DNA of 64,000 nt from positions 5,518,001 to 5,582,000 of the forward strand of contig OU015568.1 of NCBI GenBank assembly GCA_907165135.1. The letters run 5' to 3'. The DNA is from Oikopleura dioica. Taxonomy: Eukaryota; Animalia; Chordata. The position numbers were made by a program, and so were the translations under genes. Shown here piece by piece: positions 50,301 to 61,321 of the stretch. Under the pieces are notes generated by a model. The model was not told the DNA's origin. It worked only from the letters and a program-made list of their open reading frames with translations, and did no database searches. Positions within the stretch are counted from its first letter, which is position 1, and every line of letters begins with the position of its first letter.

Positions 50301-53300
50301 TGTATAGTTTTCGATTCAGACAGTGATAATGATGATATCGTTTTCATTTTAGCAGTGATTATTGAAAAGCTCTATTTTGAGTTGAATTTAGTTGAAAAAG
50401 TTGATGGTATGGGTTTCGTTTTCATTTTAAAATTTTTGAGCTTAGCGGGTATCATCGTTATTTTATCGAAAAATCTGACCAAAAGAGGGCGCTAGCTGAT
50501 TCGTGTTCAAGATGGTTAGTCTTCTTGTGAACTCCCGCTGAGATTGAACCAGTCAATCGAACCACCAAGAAAATGACCGTCCTCTTTTCGAGATTGTTAT
50601 GGAAGAAATTTCATCAATAAAAAGCCCTTCTTAGAACAAAGTCTCTGAATCAATCAATCCTGAAACTGGTGAACCAGCTTATACAGTCGCCTGGCGAGAA
50701 AACCTCGAAGACGGCCTGATCACTGTCGATTTGACGGGCAAAGCTGACAATGGAACCTACACGATTTACGTCAAAAACGACCACTCGAGCCCCGCTTCTG
50801 TCCACATCAACGTCGTCAGTTACGCCAGAGAGCCGGATCGTGAGCCAGTGACGCTGACCCCGACGATTATTCAGAAAAAGATCGCTCCGAGCAACACGGA
50901 CATTGTCGTCATCTACGCTGCCTTTGCCCAAGGAGAGTTTCCGATTCTTTTCGCCGATCTTTGGGCGGAAGTCACTTTTCCTCTCGAGCGAAACGGGACG
51001 ATCATGACGACCGAGACGGTCATTTTGACTGATGATGGCAAGCACGATGACGTCATCGCCAACGACGGGATTTACACGGGCATTTTCACGAACATCTTTG
51101 AAACGGGGAGATACAGTATCAAAGTGAGAGCGAATGGGGATAACGGAAAAGCTGTGGTTTCAAAAGGACACATGCTGGGAATCGGAGAACTGGACGACGC
51201 GGAATATGAAGTCGTGGAAAACGCGGTGCACAAAGAAGTCTGGCAGACGACGCGAAGACGGAAGAGGCGAAATGTCAGAACGACGAGGGATAGGCGGCAA
51301 TCTGATGGAGAAGAAGATTATGAATACGACGATGGAGAAGAGGGGGTAGAGGAAGAACCGCCAAAGCGAGTGGAAATACCGGTTATTTCGCTAAAAGAAC
51401 CGGCAACGAATCAAGATCGAGTTGAGCTCAACAGTAAGTTTGACCGGAACAGATATGTTTTCATCATTTTTCTAGAGCAACTGGAAGCCCAAAAACTAGC
51501 TCGACTAACTCGAGTCTCCGCGCAAGATACTGAGCGAGTGACAAATCTGGACACGATAGTTATTGAAGCCTCAGAGACAGATCTTTGCGACGAGGGCTTC
51601 TTTCATTTCGACGGGTTTTGCTACTTTATTTCCAGGGATGTGCAAGAGCAAAAGAACTTCAAAGAAGCGGAAGACGCCTGCGCCGAAATGGGCGCCGAAC
51701 TCATCGACATCCGAACTCTCCAAGTCGCCCAATACTTTCTCGTCACCCTGCGAGCTCGCATCAAAGACTTCTGGGCGAGCGACGTCAACGACAAGATCGT
51801 CAATCACATCCCCCTGCTCATCGACAACATCTACTCCGTCACGGAAGTCCAGGCAATCCTCGACGGGCTCCTGGGCCGAGTTGCCAAAGAATTTTACTTG
51901 CGAAAAAAGGATCAAGAAAATTCTTTCGCCCGAATGGCCAGTATAAGACAGCATAGAGATCCAGACTTTGATAGGGATATCAGACGGCTTTACGAAGATT
52001 TGACAAAGAATATTCAAGTGCCAATGACTTATCTCCAGCGCCGTATTTTCGAAAAGCATAAAAAGACGGTCGACGAGTTGTCTCAAGAAGAAATCGAAGA
52101 AATCAAAAACGAATGGAAAGGAAAACAGCTTCAAAAGCTGGATCATTTCAAAGAGCAACTAATCGACAGGGAAAAATTCGAATTCCGGTCGCCCCGATTT
52201 CTCGCTTCTTTCGAAAGAGCAAAGAGAGAAATCGACTCGCTTCAATTTGGACCGTGTCGGTACAAGGACATTTTTCATCGTTATCGAAAAAATCGAAAGT
52301 TCGCGATTTGCCATTCCGAAAAACCGGTCATTTGCCAGCTAATTTCTCCGAAAAACGCGCACAATCGAAACTGCCCCGGGAACTGGACCGATTTTGAAGG
52401 ACATTTTGACAGCTCAGACATTTGCTATCATTTCAACGAAACAAAACGAAACTTTTTCGAGGCCGAAAAGTACTGTCAGGAAAAAGGAGGAACATTGCTC
52501 CGAATAAACTGCGCGAATAAAGAAGTTTTCGAAATCAAGGAAGAAAAAATCGACACTTTTTGGATCTCAAACATGGATACTTCCGGACTCAACGATCTCC
52601 AGTGCTCGAAGATGTCTGAAGAAATCATCAGGAAGGCAGAGGTAAGAGACAAAAAAAACCAAAAAGCCCTCCCGAACCGGGAATCGAACCCGGGCCGCCG
52701 GAGTGAGAATCCGGAATCCTAACCCCTAGACCATTCGGGACCGGATGCGGAGGGAAATCTTCGATTCTACAAATGATTGAATATTCCTTTCTAGAGTACG
52801 ATTCCAGAGCCAGAAGAGCCGACAGCGAGTGGGATGCAGATGGATGTCTTTGTGAACAAACCCGTCTTTACATTTGGAAAAACCGGTGCCAACGCATTTG
52901 CTCGATCAGAAGTTGTTGAGGATGAAGAGGGAGCATCAACAACTACCACTTCAGCAACAACAACAAGCACGACGATTACAACTTCGACAACATCAACAGA
53001 AATGCCATCTTCGACTACGACCTCCGACCCGTTGGATTCTGAAGAGAACGATCCAGCGGAGGGAGAAGAAATCGACGATGGAGTTTACGATGACGATGAC
53101 GATAACGAAGAGGACGATGATGATGATGTTGAGGAAGATGAGTACAATTCAAACGACGTGTACGAAGAAATGATCAATCAAAACCCCACCGAAGTCCCCA
53201 TCGTCGATGTCGAAGGTGAAACGTACTGTATGTGGTTCGATGGCCAGCTGCGCGAAGTCACCAACGATTTTCTCTGCAAGAACTTGAAGAAAAACTACAT

Positions 53301-56300
53301 CTGCCAAAAACCAAAGAACGATCTTCTCGCTCCAGCGAGGATTAAAGACCTCGATGTTCAACACTTTACTTCTGGTTCCGAAAAAGACCCCTTGGGCTCC
53401 TTCCACATCGGCTTCACCGCAACTGGAAATGACGATTCCCAAGGAAGAGCTGATCGTTATGAAGTCCGAATGGTCGCGACAGAAAAAGGCAAAGAAGCGC
53501 TCCGAGATGATTTTGACAAAGGATACCACTTGCAATACAGCGATTTTAGCAATGAAATCACTAGTCGGCCAGATAGTCCGCAAAAGGTCGGGTATTATGA
53601 GCGGTTGACCATTCGTTTTGAACATCTTGCTGGCTGCCCGAGAAATCAGCTGATGGATTTGTTGGTCTTGGTCGATACGACTCAGGAATCAGATTTGAAA
53701 AATCCGCCCGCACGGTGGCGCCTTTTCCCTAAACGGCGAAAAATCGACCTCCTCGGTAGAAAATCGCTCATAAAGGCAATTTTCTTCCTAGAAAAAAATG
53801 TGGAGATGCGGGGGATTGAACCCCGGGCCTTTCACATGCAAAGCGAACGCTCTACCACTGAGCTACATCCCCGTGATCATCGGTCCGAGATCAGTAAGAG
53901 TGTATTCAAATCTAAAAATCAGGGAAATCAAACTGCTGGAATCGAGCTCTATCTACCAGCCCATACGCTCAAGATTTTGACCTATATTGGCAATGTTTAT
54001 AATATAGGACCGGCTCCTTTCATATTGTGATTAAGGGTGTCCCCTAGCCTAAATCCTTCCTCGTAAAAAGCCGCGAAAAAGGCCCTTGGGCGGCTCGTAT
54101 CGGCTTCGGAACATGGGATGGTCGAGAAATCAGGACGGAAATTTATCCCGATGAAGTTGGAACAAAACACAAACAAAGCTACGAAGAAACAAAGCAAGAA
54201 ATGAACGAGACGATTTCCAAATTTTACCCAAAAAGCGACAATAAGTTTGATCAAAATTTGAAGAGTTTTGCTCCGTCGAATATTCCTGTAAGTTTTATTA
54301 ATATTTTCGGACAAAATGGTGGCTAAGCCAGTTGATTGGATGAAAACCCTTGTTTTGCGGCGCGATTCCGGCAACTTCCAAATTTCGCTCTAGAATTATT
54401 TTTTCTGCCAATCAAAGCCCGTTATTTCGTACCTTTTAGAATCTTAGCTTGATCTTCTTCAAGCTTTTTTCGCTCTTTTTCTTCGTGCTCTTTTTCCTTC
54501 GTTTCGCGCAATTTCTCGCGGTGCATTCGTTTGAAATACTCTTTTCGTTCCTCGAACATTTTTTGCGTCACGATTCCAGTCGGCATTTCCGGGTAGAATC
54601 GATCGTTGATGAGATGGGCTTTCGGAGTCATAATCATTTCCTTTGAGTAGTGCATGCAAGTTTTTGTTTTTACGCTGAAAAGGAGAGGATAAAAGGATTG
54701 ATTGTCACGACTGTCACGAATCTCACAAAGATCACGACTCATTTATCCCGAACAAAGTCAATATCGATTTTATTTGAACAAAAAATAGATAATGCTAGAA
54801 TGGCTGTTTTGAAAATCGTGACATTCGTGACATTTTTATCTGTCACGATTCGTGACTCACGAAATGCCAGATGACAATCAGAAAAGAGGAAAAAATACTT
54901 AATAAAAGGCAATTTTCGTTGTTTTTTATTATTTTTTCCGTGAATCGTGACATTTTTTGCAATTCGTGACGCTCGTGACATTTCTAAGTGGTCATTTTTT
55001 ATTTAAAAAAGCGCAAAAATCGTCACGAAACGAGAAGAATTCTGAGATGAAAGGCGAATTTCGATTTTTTGAGTGAGTCGTGATATTTTTGCAATTCGTG
55101 ACAATCGTGACAAAAATCCCAATTTCATCTCACCTTTTTTGATAACCAGAAGTGGAGGTAAACTCAGAAATCGTTCTTGTAAAATCTTGAAGATTGTTCA
55201 CCCCGGCTTTTTCTCTCAAAATTCCTAAACTATTCTTGAAATCAAGGAAGAAAGAACTAATCGACCTGTAAAGTAAATGTCCTCAATTCTAAAATCTCCT
55301 AGGTACGTTTTTCCGACTTGCTCTCCAATCGCTTCCAAAGACTTTCGATTCATGACCGCGCATTGCCCATTGCAGTAGTCGGGGTATTTGTATTTTGGCG
55401 GGAACATTTCATACGTGACATTGTATTTGCCCCAGTAGATGGCGCCGTGGTTCCGGCCAGTGTGCCTGAGACACATGATCATTGGTTCCTCTTCCGTCAT
55501 TGGTCGATGGTAGCAGCTTTCTTTGGGCTCGGCAACCTGTGTCAGAACCTGAGTCAGGGTTCGAAAAGTCTTTTCAGGGTCTTTTCAGGACCCTGACTCA
55601 GGTTTTTACTCAGGTTGCCGAGCCCAAATCGTTGATCATCGTCTTCCAGGTCGTTGCAAGCTCTATTGTAGTTCTCGTCCATTTCTTCTTCCCTCATCGA
55701 GTTCCGGACGAGTTTTTCGATGTCGCCATGAATCAAAGTATCGGAATCGTGAAAGTAATACTGCGAAATCTTTTCCGAGCAAAATCGAAGAGCGAATTCG
55801 TACAAGCTCTTTGTTTTCAGCGGCAAGTTATTGTATGTATCCGGAAAATCCGCGATCACGATGTCGTTGAATTTGTTGAACTCGTCTTCCAGGAAATCTC
55901 CTTCTTCCCAAGGTTGGCCGGAAGGAGAAGTTCCGAGGAAGAAGATGTAGTTTTTGATTGCAAGGCCGTTTTGGCGGAAATATCGGCGGATTCGGAAACG
56001 TTCTTCTACTGCGTTTCGGGCTGTCTGAAATTTTAGTCAAAAAATAGAAAATTTTAGGCGCCATAAAAAAAAATCGATATTATTACCTTAGTTTTCAGAA
56101 ATCTAATAAAATTATGAAAATAAAATTTTTATTGAAATAATAAAAAAAATCATTAATAAAAATAATTTTTTTGAAATTTCTGGCAATTTTTTTGGATGGT
56201 GTCCGGAACCGACAAAAAATTTCGACAAATTCTGCGTGGAAATTTTCAACCAATCAGAAGCCTGGATTTGCCTTAACGGCCAATCAGCAGCCGAGTAGCC

Positions 56301-59300
56301 GCCCACGCAAAATTTGTCGAAAATTTTTTGTCGGTTCCAGACACCATCCCAATTTTCTCAAGCTAAAATACAAATCTTACTTTTAGCATGTAGAGAGCCT
56401 TATTCCCAATCTGATCACATTGATACTTCTCCACAAACTCGACCGGATATTTGAGAAACCCATTGAACTCCTGTTTCATATCAAATTTGTAAATTGGCGG
56501 AATATCATCGCTTTGAAAAGTGAGCGAAATATTCATAGCTTGGGTGTTTGACGGGAGTTCTCGCCCGTAAAACTTTTGGAATCGGTCTTCAGTTTGGGAA
56601 ATAACAACGGGTGGTAGGATCAGTGGTCGAAGAGAAGCTTCCCATTGGTGTCTTGTAGACTGGGCTTGGCAACCTGTGTAGAAAACCTGAGTCAGGGTCC
56701 TTAAAAAGGGGAGGTGTCTGGAACCGACAAAAAAAATTTCGACAAATTTTGCGTGGGCGGCTACTCGGCTGCTGATTGGCCGGTTCGCCGAATCGAGGGT
56801 TCTGATTGGTTGAAATTTTCCACGCAGAATTTTTCGTTATTTTTTTGTCGGTTCCAGACACCTCCCCTTAAAGAGCTTTTGCGGGGGTTCGAGCTTCCTT
56901 CAGAACCCTGACTCAGGCTTTTACACAGGTCGCCAAGCCAAGCTTGTGAAGGCGAGTTTTGCCATGCGTTTCGGAAAGTCCAGAAACAGGGTCGATCGAT
57001 GCACGTCCTTTTCTTCCTCGATGAGGGCTAGAACATCTTTTCCGTGGAAAACCAGACCGACTTTTGGCGACCCGAGGATTCCGAAAATCCCCGCTTTGAT
57101 ATTCGCCCTGATTTTCTTTAGCATTTCTTCGTCCAATTGAATCACCGGATTAGCAAGGCTGATGTAGATGTTTTTCTTGGCTCCTTTGTCCTTTTCCACG
57201 GCGATGAGGTTGTCAAGAACTGGGTTGTCGAAAGTCCGGAGGCCGTTTTGGACAAGCACGTGATCCATCGAGTGCATCCCCATTTCGACGTAGAGCAGCT
57301 TGGTTTCTTTGGACAATTTGTGGGAGATTGTTATTTCTTGATCGATGATGAAGGTCGGTGAAATCGGAAAACCGAGATTCGTCTCGAGCCGTTTGAACTC
57401 GTATCTCATCACGCTCATGTACGGCTCGCCAAGCATATTCAACGCGTCCAAATTTCGGTGAAAAGGGACCAAAACCTTCACTTCCCCAATTTCCATCTCG
57501 CGTTTCATCCTTTCCCGAGCATTGTCGAGCTCAATTTTACTCTGTAACCAGCCGTAGAAGACGATCAAAAAGCAAATGATATTATTCATTCTTGAAAAAA
57601 CATATCTTCGCAGCTCGAACATCGCAAAAATGAGCTGTTTTTGACGCAAAAAAGTTTGGAGCGCCGGTGATTTTTATCGCGATTTTTGGCAAAAAAAAGG
57701 GTGGAAATTTGAAATTTGTTGATTATTTTTTTCTTTTCAGGGGCAACAGAGAAAAGCGCTGAAATTTGATGATGTTCTTGGATGGAAAGACGATTTGGCG
57801 GAAAAAGGTCATTTGAGAGATGAAGGAAAGGATTCGATTGCTGATTTTGAAGACCAAAAAATCAGGCTTTGATTCCTAAAAAAGTCAAAACCGTTGTCCT
57901 CTTCATCACTACCCGTGGCGAACAGTGCTGCTCGCCTCTTTCTCTCGCCGAAAAAGCTAGAATTCCTGAGCTTGAATTCGTCTCCCTCGCCATCGGAAAC
58001 CAACCACCAAAGAATTGGCAAGAAGCGTTCAAATTCGTCCCCGAAACAGACGAAGAACGACTTGATCGACTTCTTGGAACGAAAAGTGAGTCTTCCTTGA
58101 TTTCAACCATCAATTCTCTCTTTTTCTAGCGTCTTCGACAACAGAAACAGTCGTCGAAACAGCAGAAACAGAATCAGAAAGCCCCGAAATCGCAGCTCGA
58201 AAAAGGAGGCGCCGAAGTTCCGAAATCGTCGAACAAGAAAATGAACGGACCAAACGAGCTGGGCAGATTTATGCCAGGAGAAATGCGCTTGATTACAAAG
58301 AGGATGAAAAGGTCGACTTTTTCTATCAAATGGAAGATTTGAACACGACTTATCACCATCGAATGTCCAAAGTTACCCAGCTTATTTGCCATGCGAAAGA
58401 AACTGAGGTTTGCAATAGAATTATAATTGACACCCTAATAGGGTGACACTATTGTTACTTATGATTGGTTAATTTTCACTGAAATCCAAAAATAAAAACA
58501 AAAATCAGAAAATAGAATTTAAAACAGAAATCTGCTAAAAATCGAGAAGCCGCTTGCGGCTTCGAGTATTTAAAATAATTAAGCCGCGCGAAGCGCGGCT
58601 TTTTTGCTTTTTCTACTCGAAACTGCAAGCGACTTCTCGATTTTTAGCAGATTTCTGTTTTAAATTCTGTTTTCTGATTTTTGTTTTCATTTTTTTGGAA
58701 TTTCAGTGAAAATTATCCAATCAGATTTCGAAATTTATTATACTATTCTTTTTCTTTTAGAGAATGAAATATCGAATCTATCTTTTATTCCCTTTTCAGA
58801 CTCGTTATTTCTCAATCCGTGCCTGCGACAAAGCCGGCAACTGTGGCATCCCCTCTCCGCTCGCCCCAGTTCGAGTCACCCTCTACTACGATTCCAGTCT
58901 GAGAAACATGGTAGGCTTGATAAACAGTCTCCCAAGGACATGTTCAACGAACTAATCAAACTTGCCAATATTACCAGATCTGTAATAGACTTTGCTCGAT
59001 CCGGATCCATTCGGGCTAATAACAGTAGTATTAAATATGAGAGTTAATACCGACAGAAACTGGGTATCAACGCGAAAAACTGAAAATTACCGAATAAATG
59101 CCGGCTTTTTCAGTCAAAAATAAAAACGCGAAAGCACGCCTTTTTTGATCGCTGATAATTTTTGAATTCACAAATTATCGGATTCTGGTTGAACCAAATT
59201 CAAGCTCCTTCAAAGCTATTCAAAAACTTCAAGGCGAGTTTCAAGCTCAAAAATGAAAATAAAATATTTGTCTGTTGTCCGCTTCCGCTTTCTCTCCCAT

Positions 59301-61124
59301 TTTTGCTATGCGTTTTTTAATAATCACTAACAACCAAATTAACAATCTGAAAAAAAAAACAGTGAGAAACTCGAAAAAAGACGATTTCAATACGCTGATA
59401 AGGTCTTGGAGATCAATTTTTCTTCCTTGATTTCGATTGAAAATTCTAGAGAAAAAGACATTTCTTTAAAAATCTACAGAGAGCTTGCTTGATAACGAAA
59501 TTTTCATCGAGCTTTCTCATTGGTCGATTTTTTAAAGAAAAATCCCTTGAACAGATTTCGACCAATAGGAAGGCTTGATGAAATATTTCGTTATCGTGGT
59601 AGCAAGCTGTAGACATTTGAATTAAGAGTTTTAATTCGATATTTTTTGATGAGTCATCGAATATATTTTTCTTTTGAAATTTACAGAGTTGATAACGAAA
59701 TTTTCATCGAGCCTTCTCATTGGTCGACTTTTTAAAAAAAATCCCCTCTTCAATTTTCGACCAATAGGAAGGCCCGATGAAATATTTCGTTATCAATGCA
59801 GCAAGCTGTAGATATTTGATGACTGAGTTTTTGAAACACAATTTATGATGAGTCATCGAAAATTTGTTTCTTTCATGATTTTCGATCTCCAAAAAAGACC
59901 CACTCAAAAAGAAATCGAGCAATTTATTTACCAAGCAAAATTTCTTCTGAAAAAGGAAAAAGAAGAGCACCCAATCAAAGACTTAATTTTGAACCCTGGC
60001 GTTGTCGAAAACCAGCGTCAAAAAGCGCTAGAACAGATGGAACAGCTTTGGTCTCTCTTTTTAAACAAGAATATTTTGCGAAAATAAGGGTGATCGGAAA
60101 AAAGCGCATAGCACGAGAAGCAGCGGCACAGGCGGAGAGGATTTTTGATGCTCATTTCAGCGTTTATGGCATAATTGTGAGTTTTGGAATTCCAACTCAC
60201 CAAATCTTAATTTGGCCTGATTAAACAAATCATTTTTCTAGCCCGAACTTCCGCAGAAGAACGAACTCACTGGTGGAGACAAGGATAAACAACAACAAAC
60301 TGGTGGTGGTGCAGTTATTGGTGCTTCCCTTGGTGCTATTGGCATCATTTTGTGACGGGTTAAAAATTGTTCAAAACGGGCCAAAAATGGTCGATGCTGT
60401 TTTAACCCGGAAAAGGTGGCCTTAGTTGTAGTGGCCTTCCTCTTCGGTTCGAGGAAAAAGAAAAATCAGGGCAAATCAAAAGGTGCCTCCAAAGCTGGTT
60501 CTCGCCATGGATCTGCTGGGAGGTAAGCAAAAAGAATTTGGCTATTTTAAAATTTTAGAAAAAAACTTGCATCTGCGAGAAAATCTATCTCGGCCGCGCC
60601 CAAGAGGTTAAAACGCGCCAAAATTTTGGTCACGCGACTGTTTTTATATTCGTTTTACTGGGGTTAAAGACTGTTACCCCCTTATTTGGAGCCTAAGGGC
60701 TTCCCTTTTTCTTACAGTGTGAATCATACGGTATTTGAGGCAGTTGAATCAATTGCTAAACAAATTAGATTTTTTGATACTAAAAAGTTTTTAGGAAAGC
60801 GTCGACTGGGAAGGACAATTCTGACAGAAGATCGATCCGCTCTGGAAAATCAACTGGAAACTCAGTCTCTGCTGTCAAGGCAAAACAACGGCTGGCAAGT
60901 AGAAGTGGCGGAGCCGGTGCTCAAGTCAAAGTAAGAAAAAAGAGTTGAGACAATTCTTTTTTCGCTAGAAGATCACTTTTAATCGATATTATTCTTTTTA
61001 GGGTCGAAAACAGTCGATAGCTTCAAACACTTCAAGCAACAAAAGTGGCGTAAGAAGAGGGCCAAAAGCAAGTACAGTCAAGCTCAAGGCGAAGAAGCGA
61101 AACCAATCGACGCTAAACAAGTAG
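47329..61124 (+). CDS. CLCA: CLCA-like type I membrane protein: CLCA N-domain, vWA, beta-sheet domain, C-type lectin-like domains, Thr/acidic linker, FN3 split by a second vWA, TM, basic tail (start exon unresolved)
   Basis: NGYRHLNV, YEASRGHFY, GEWAKFRWGVFDE, DTSTS MIDAS, LTDDGKHDDVIANDGIYTG, PARIKDL..FTATGNDDSQGRADRY, CPRNQLMDLLVLVDT..KTVVLFITT..LIC, TRYFSIRACDKAGNC, GAVIGASLGAIVVVAFLFGSRKKK; some internal joins inferred. Confidence 0.85.
48118..48384. mobile_element. Family A MITE (with nested family B) forming the CLCA intron 48117-48391
   Basis: TSD atctaagg / atctcaga; GC-AG removal gives ..QGSYLR|MSQAFI.. in frame. Confidence 0.92.
49837..49941. mobile_element. Family A MITE forming the CLCA vWA intron 49835-49946
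   Basis: Flanking repeats acaaagga / aaaaggga; GA-AG removal gives EEVSKRTK|GSSYFSD in frame. Confidence 0.88.
52669..52740 (-). tRNA. trnE-CUC: tRNA-Glu(CUC) inside the 153-nt CLCA intron 52642-52794
   Basis: TCCCGAATGGTCTAGGGGTTAGGATTCCGGATTCTCACTCCGGCGGCCCGGGTTCGATTCCCGGTTCGGGAG, then T-runs. Confidence 0.97.
53801..53872 (-). tRNA. trnA-UGC: tRNA-Ala(UGC) inside a short CLCA intron (~53756-53922)
   Basis: GGGGATGTAGCTCAGTGGTAGAGCGTTCGCTTTGCATGTGAAAGGCCCGGGGTTCAATCCCCCGCATCTCCA, then T7. Confidence 0.97.
54298..57649 (-). CDS. GT31 family beta-1,3-glycosyltransferase (B3GALT/B3GNT-like) with a long N-terminal stem, nested antisense in a CLCA intron
   Basis: LYMLK|TARNAVEERFRIR, YIFFLG, FNDIVIADFPDTYNNLPLKT, FHDSD (DxD), YPDYCNGQC, EDIYFTG|ILREKAG; stop at 54298-54300. 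Confidence 0.9.
54700..55112. repeat. Intronic TCACGA/TCGTGA motif array in opposite orientations (MITE-like)
   Basis: Many gtcacga and tcgtgac units. Confidence 0.65.
55523..55627. mobile_element. Family A MITE at a coding junction of the GT31 gene
   Basis: Full TIRs; removing 113 nt joins DLEDDDQ.. to ..SCYHRPMTEEE in frame; TSD only 4/8. Confidence 0.85.
56660..56942. mobile_element. Family A MITE with nested family B at a coding junction of the GT31 gene
   Basis: TSD cttgtaga / cttgtgaa; upstream ..AKLAFT, downstream STRHQWEASLRP.. open. Confidence 0.88.
58463..58722. mobile_element. Palindromic element with central AAGCCGC/GCGGCTT hairpins in a CLCA intron
   Basis: About 90-bp inverted arms (gattggttaattttcactgaaatcc.. 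/ ..ggaatttcagtgaaaattatccaatc). Confidence 0.75.
59490..59815. repeat. Two copies, ~200 bp apart, of a ~105-bp hairpin unit
   Basis: gataacgaaattttcatcgag..cattggtcga...tcgaccaataggaagg..gatgaaatatttcgttatc repeated at ~59490 and ~59691. Confidence 0.75.
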
Positions 61125-61321
61125 TTCAAAACTCATTTCAAAAGTTCAGTCCAATAAATGTAAAGAAAAAAGAAATGGATTTTATTTCACAAATTGATGA
61201 GCGCGTAAGTGATGGAGAATAATTGATTTGAGAAGGAATTTTGCAGGCTTATAATTTTCTGAAAAGACAAATAAATGAGTTATTTTTTTAAAATGCCTTA
61301 CCGTCAGTTGTTTTTTCATTT

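Noticed and set aside
47229-53980. ORF tails such as GESNPGRPRDRREY, NRESNPGRRSENPES and MRGIEPRAFHMQSER
   Set aside because: Read-through into tRNA genes located in or next to introns.
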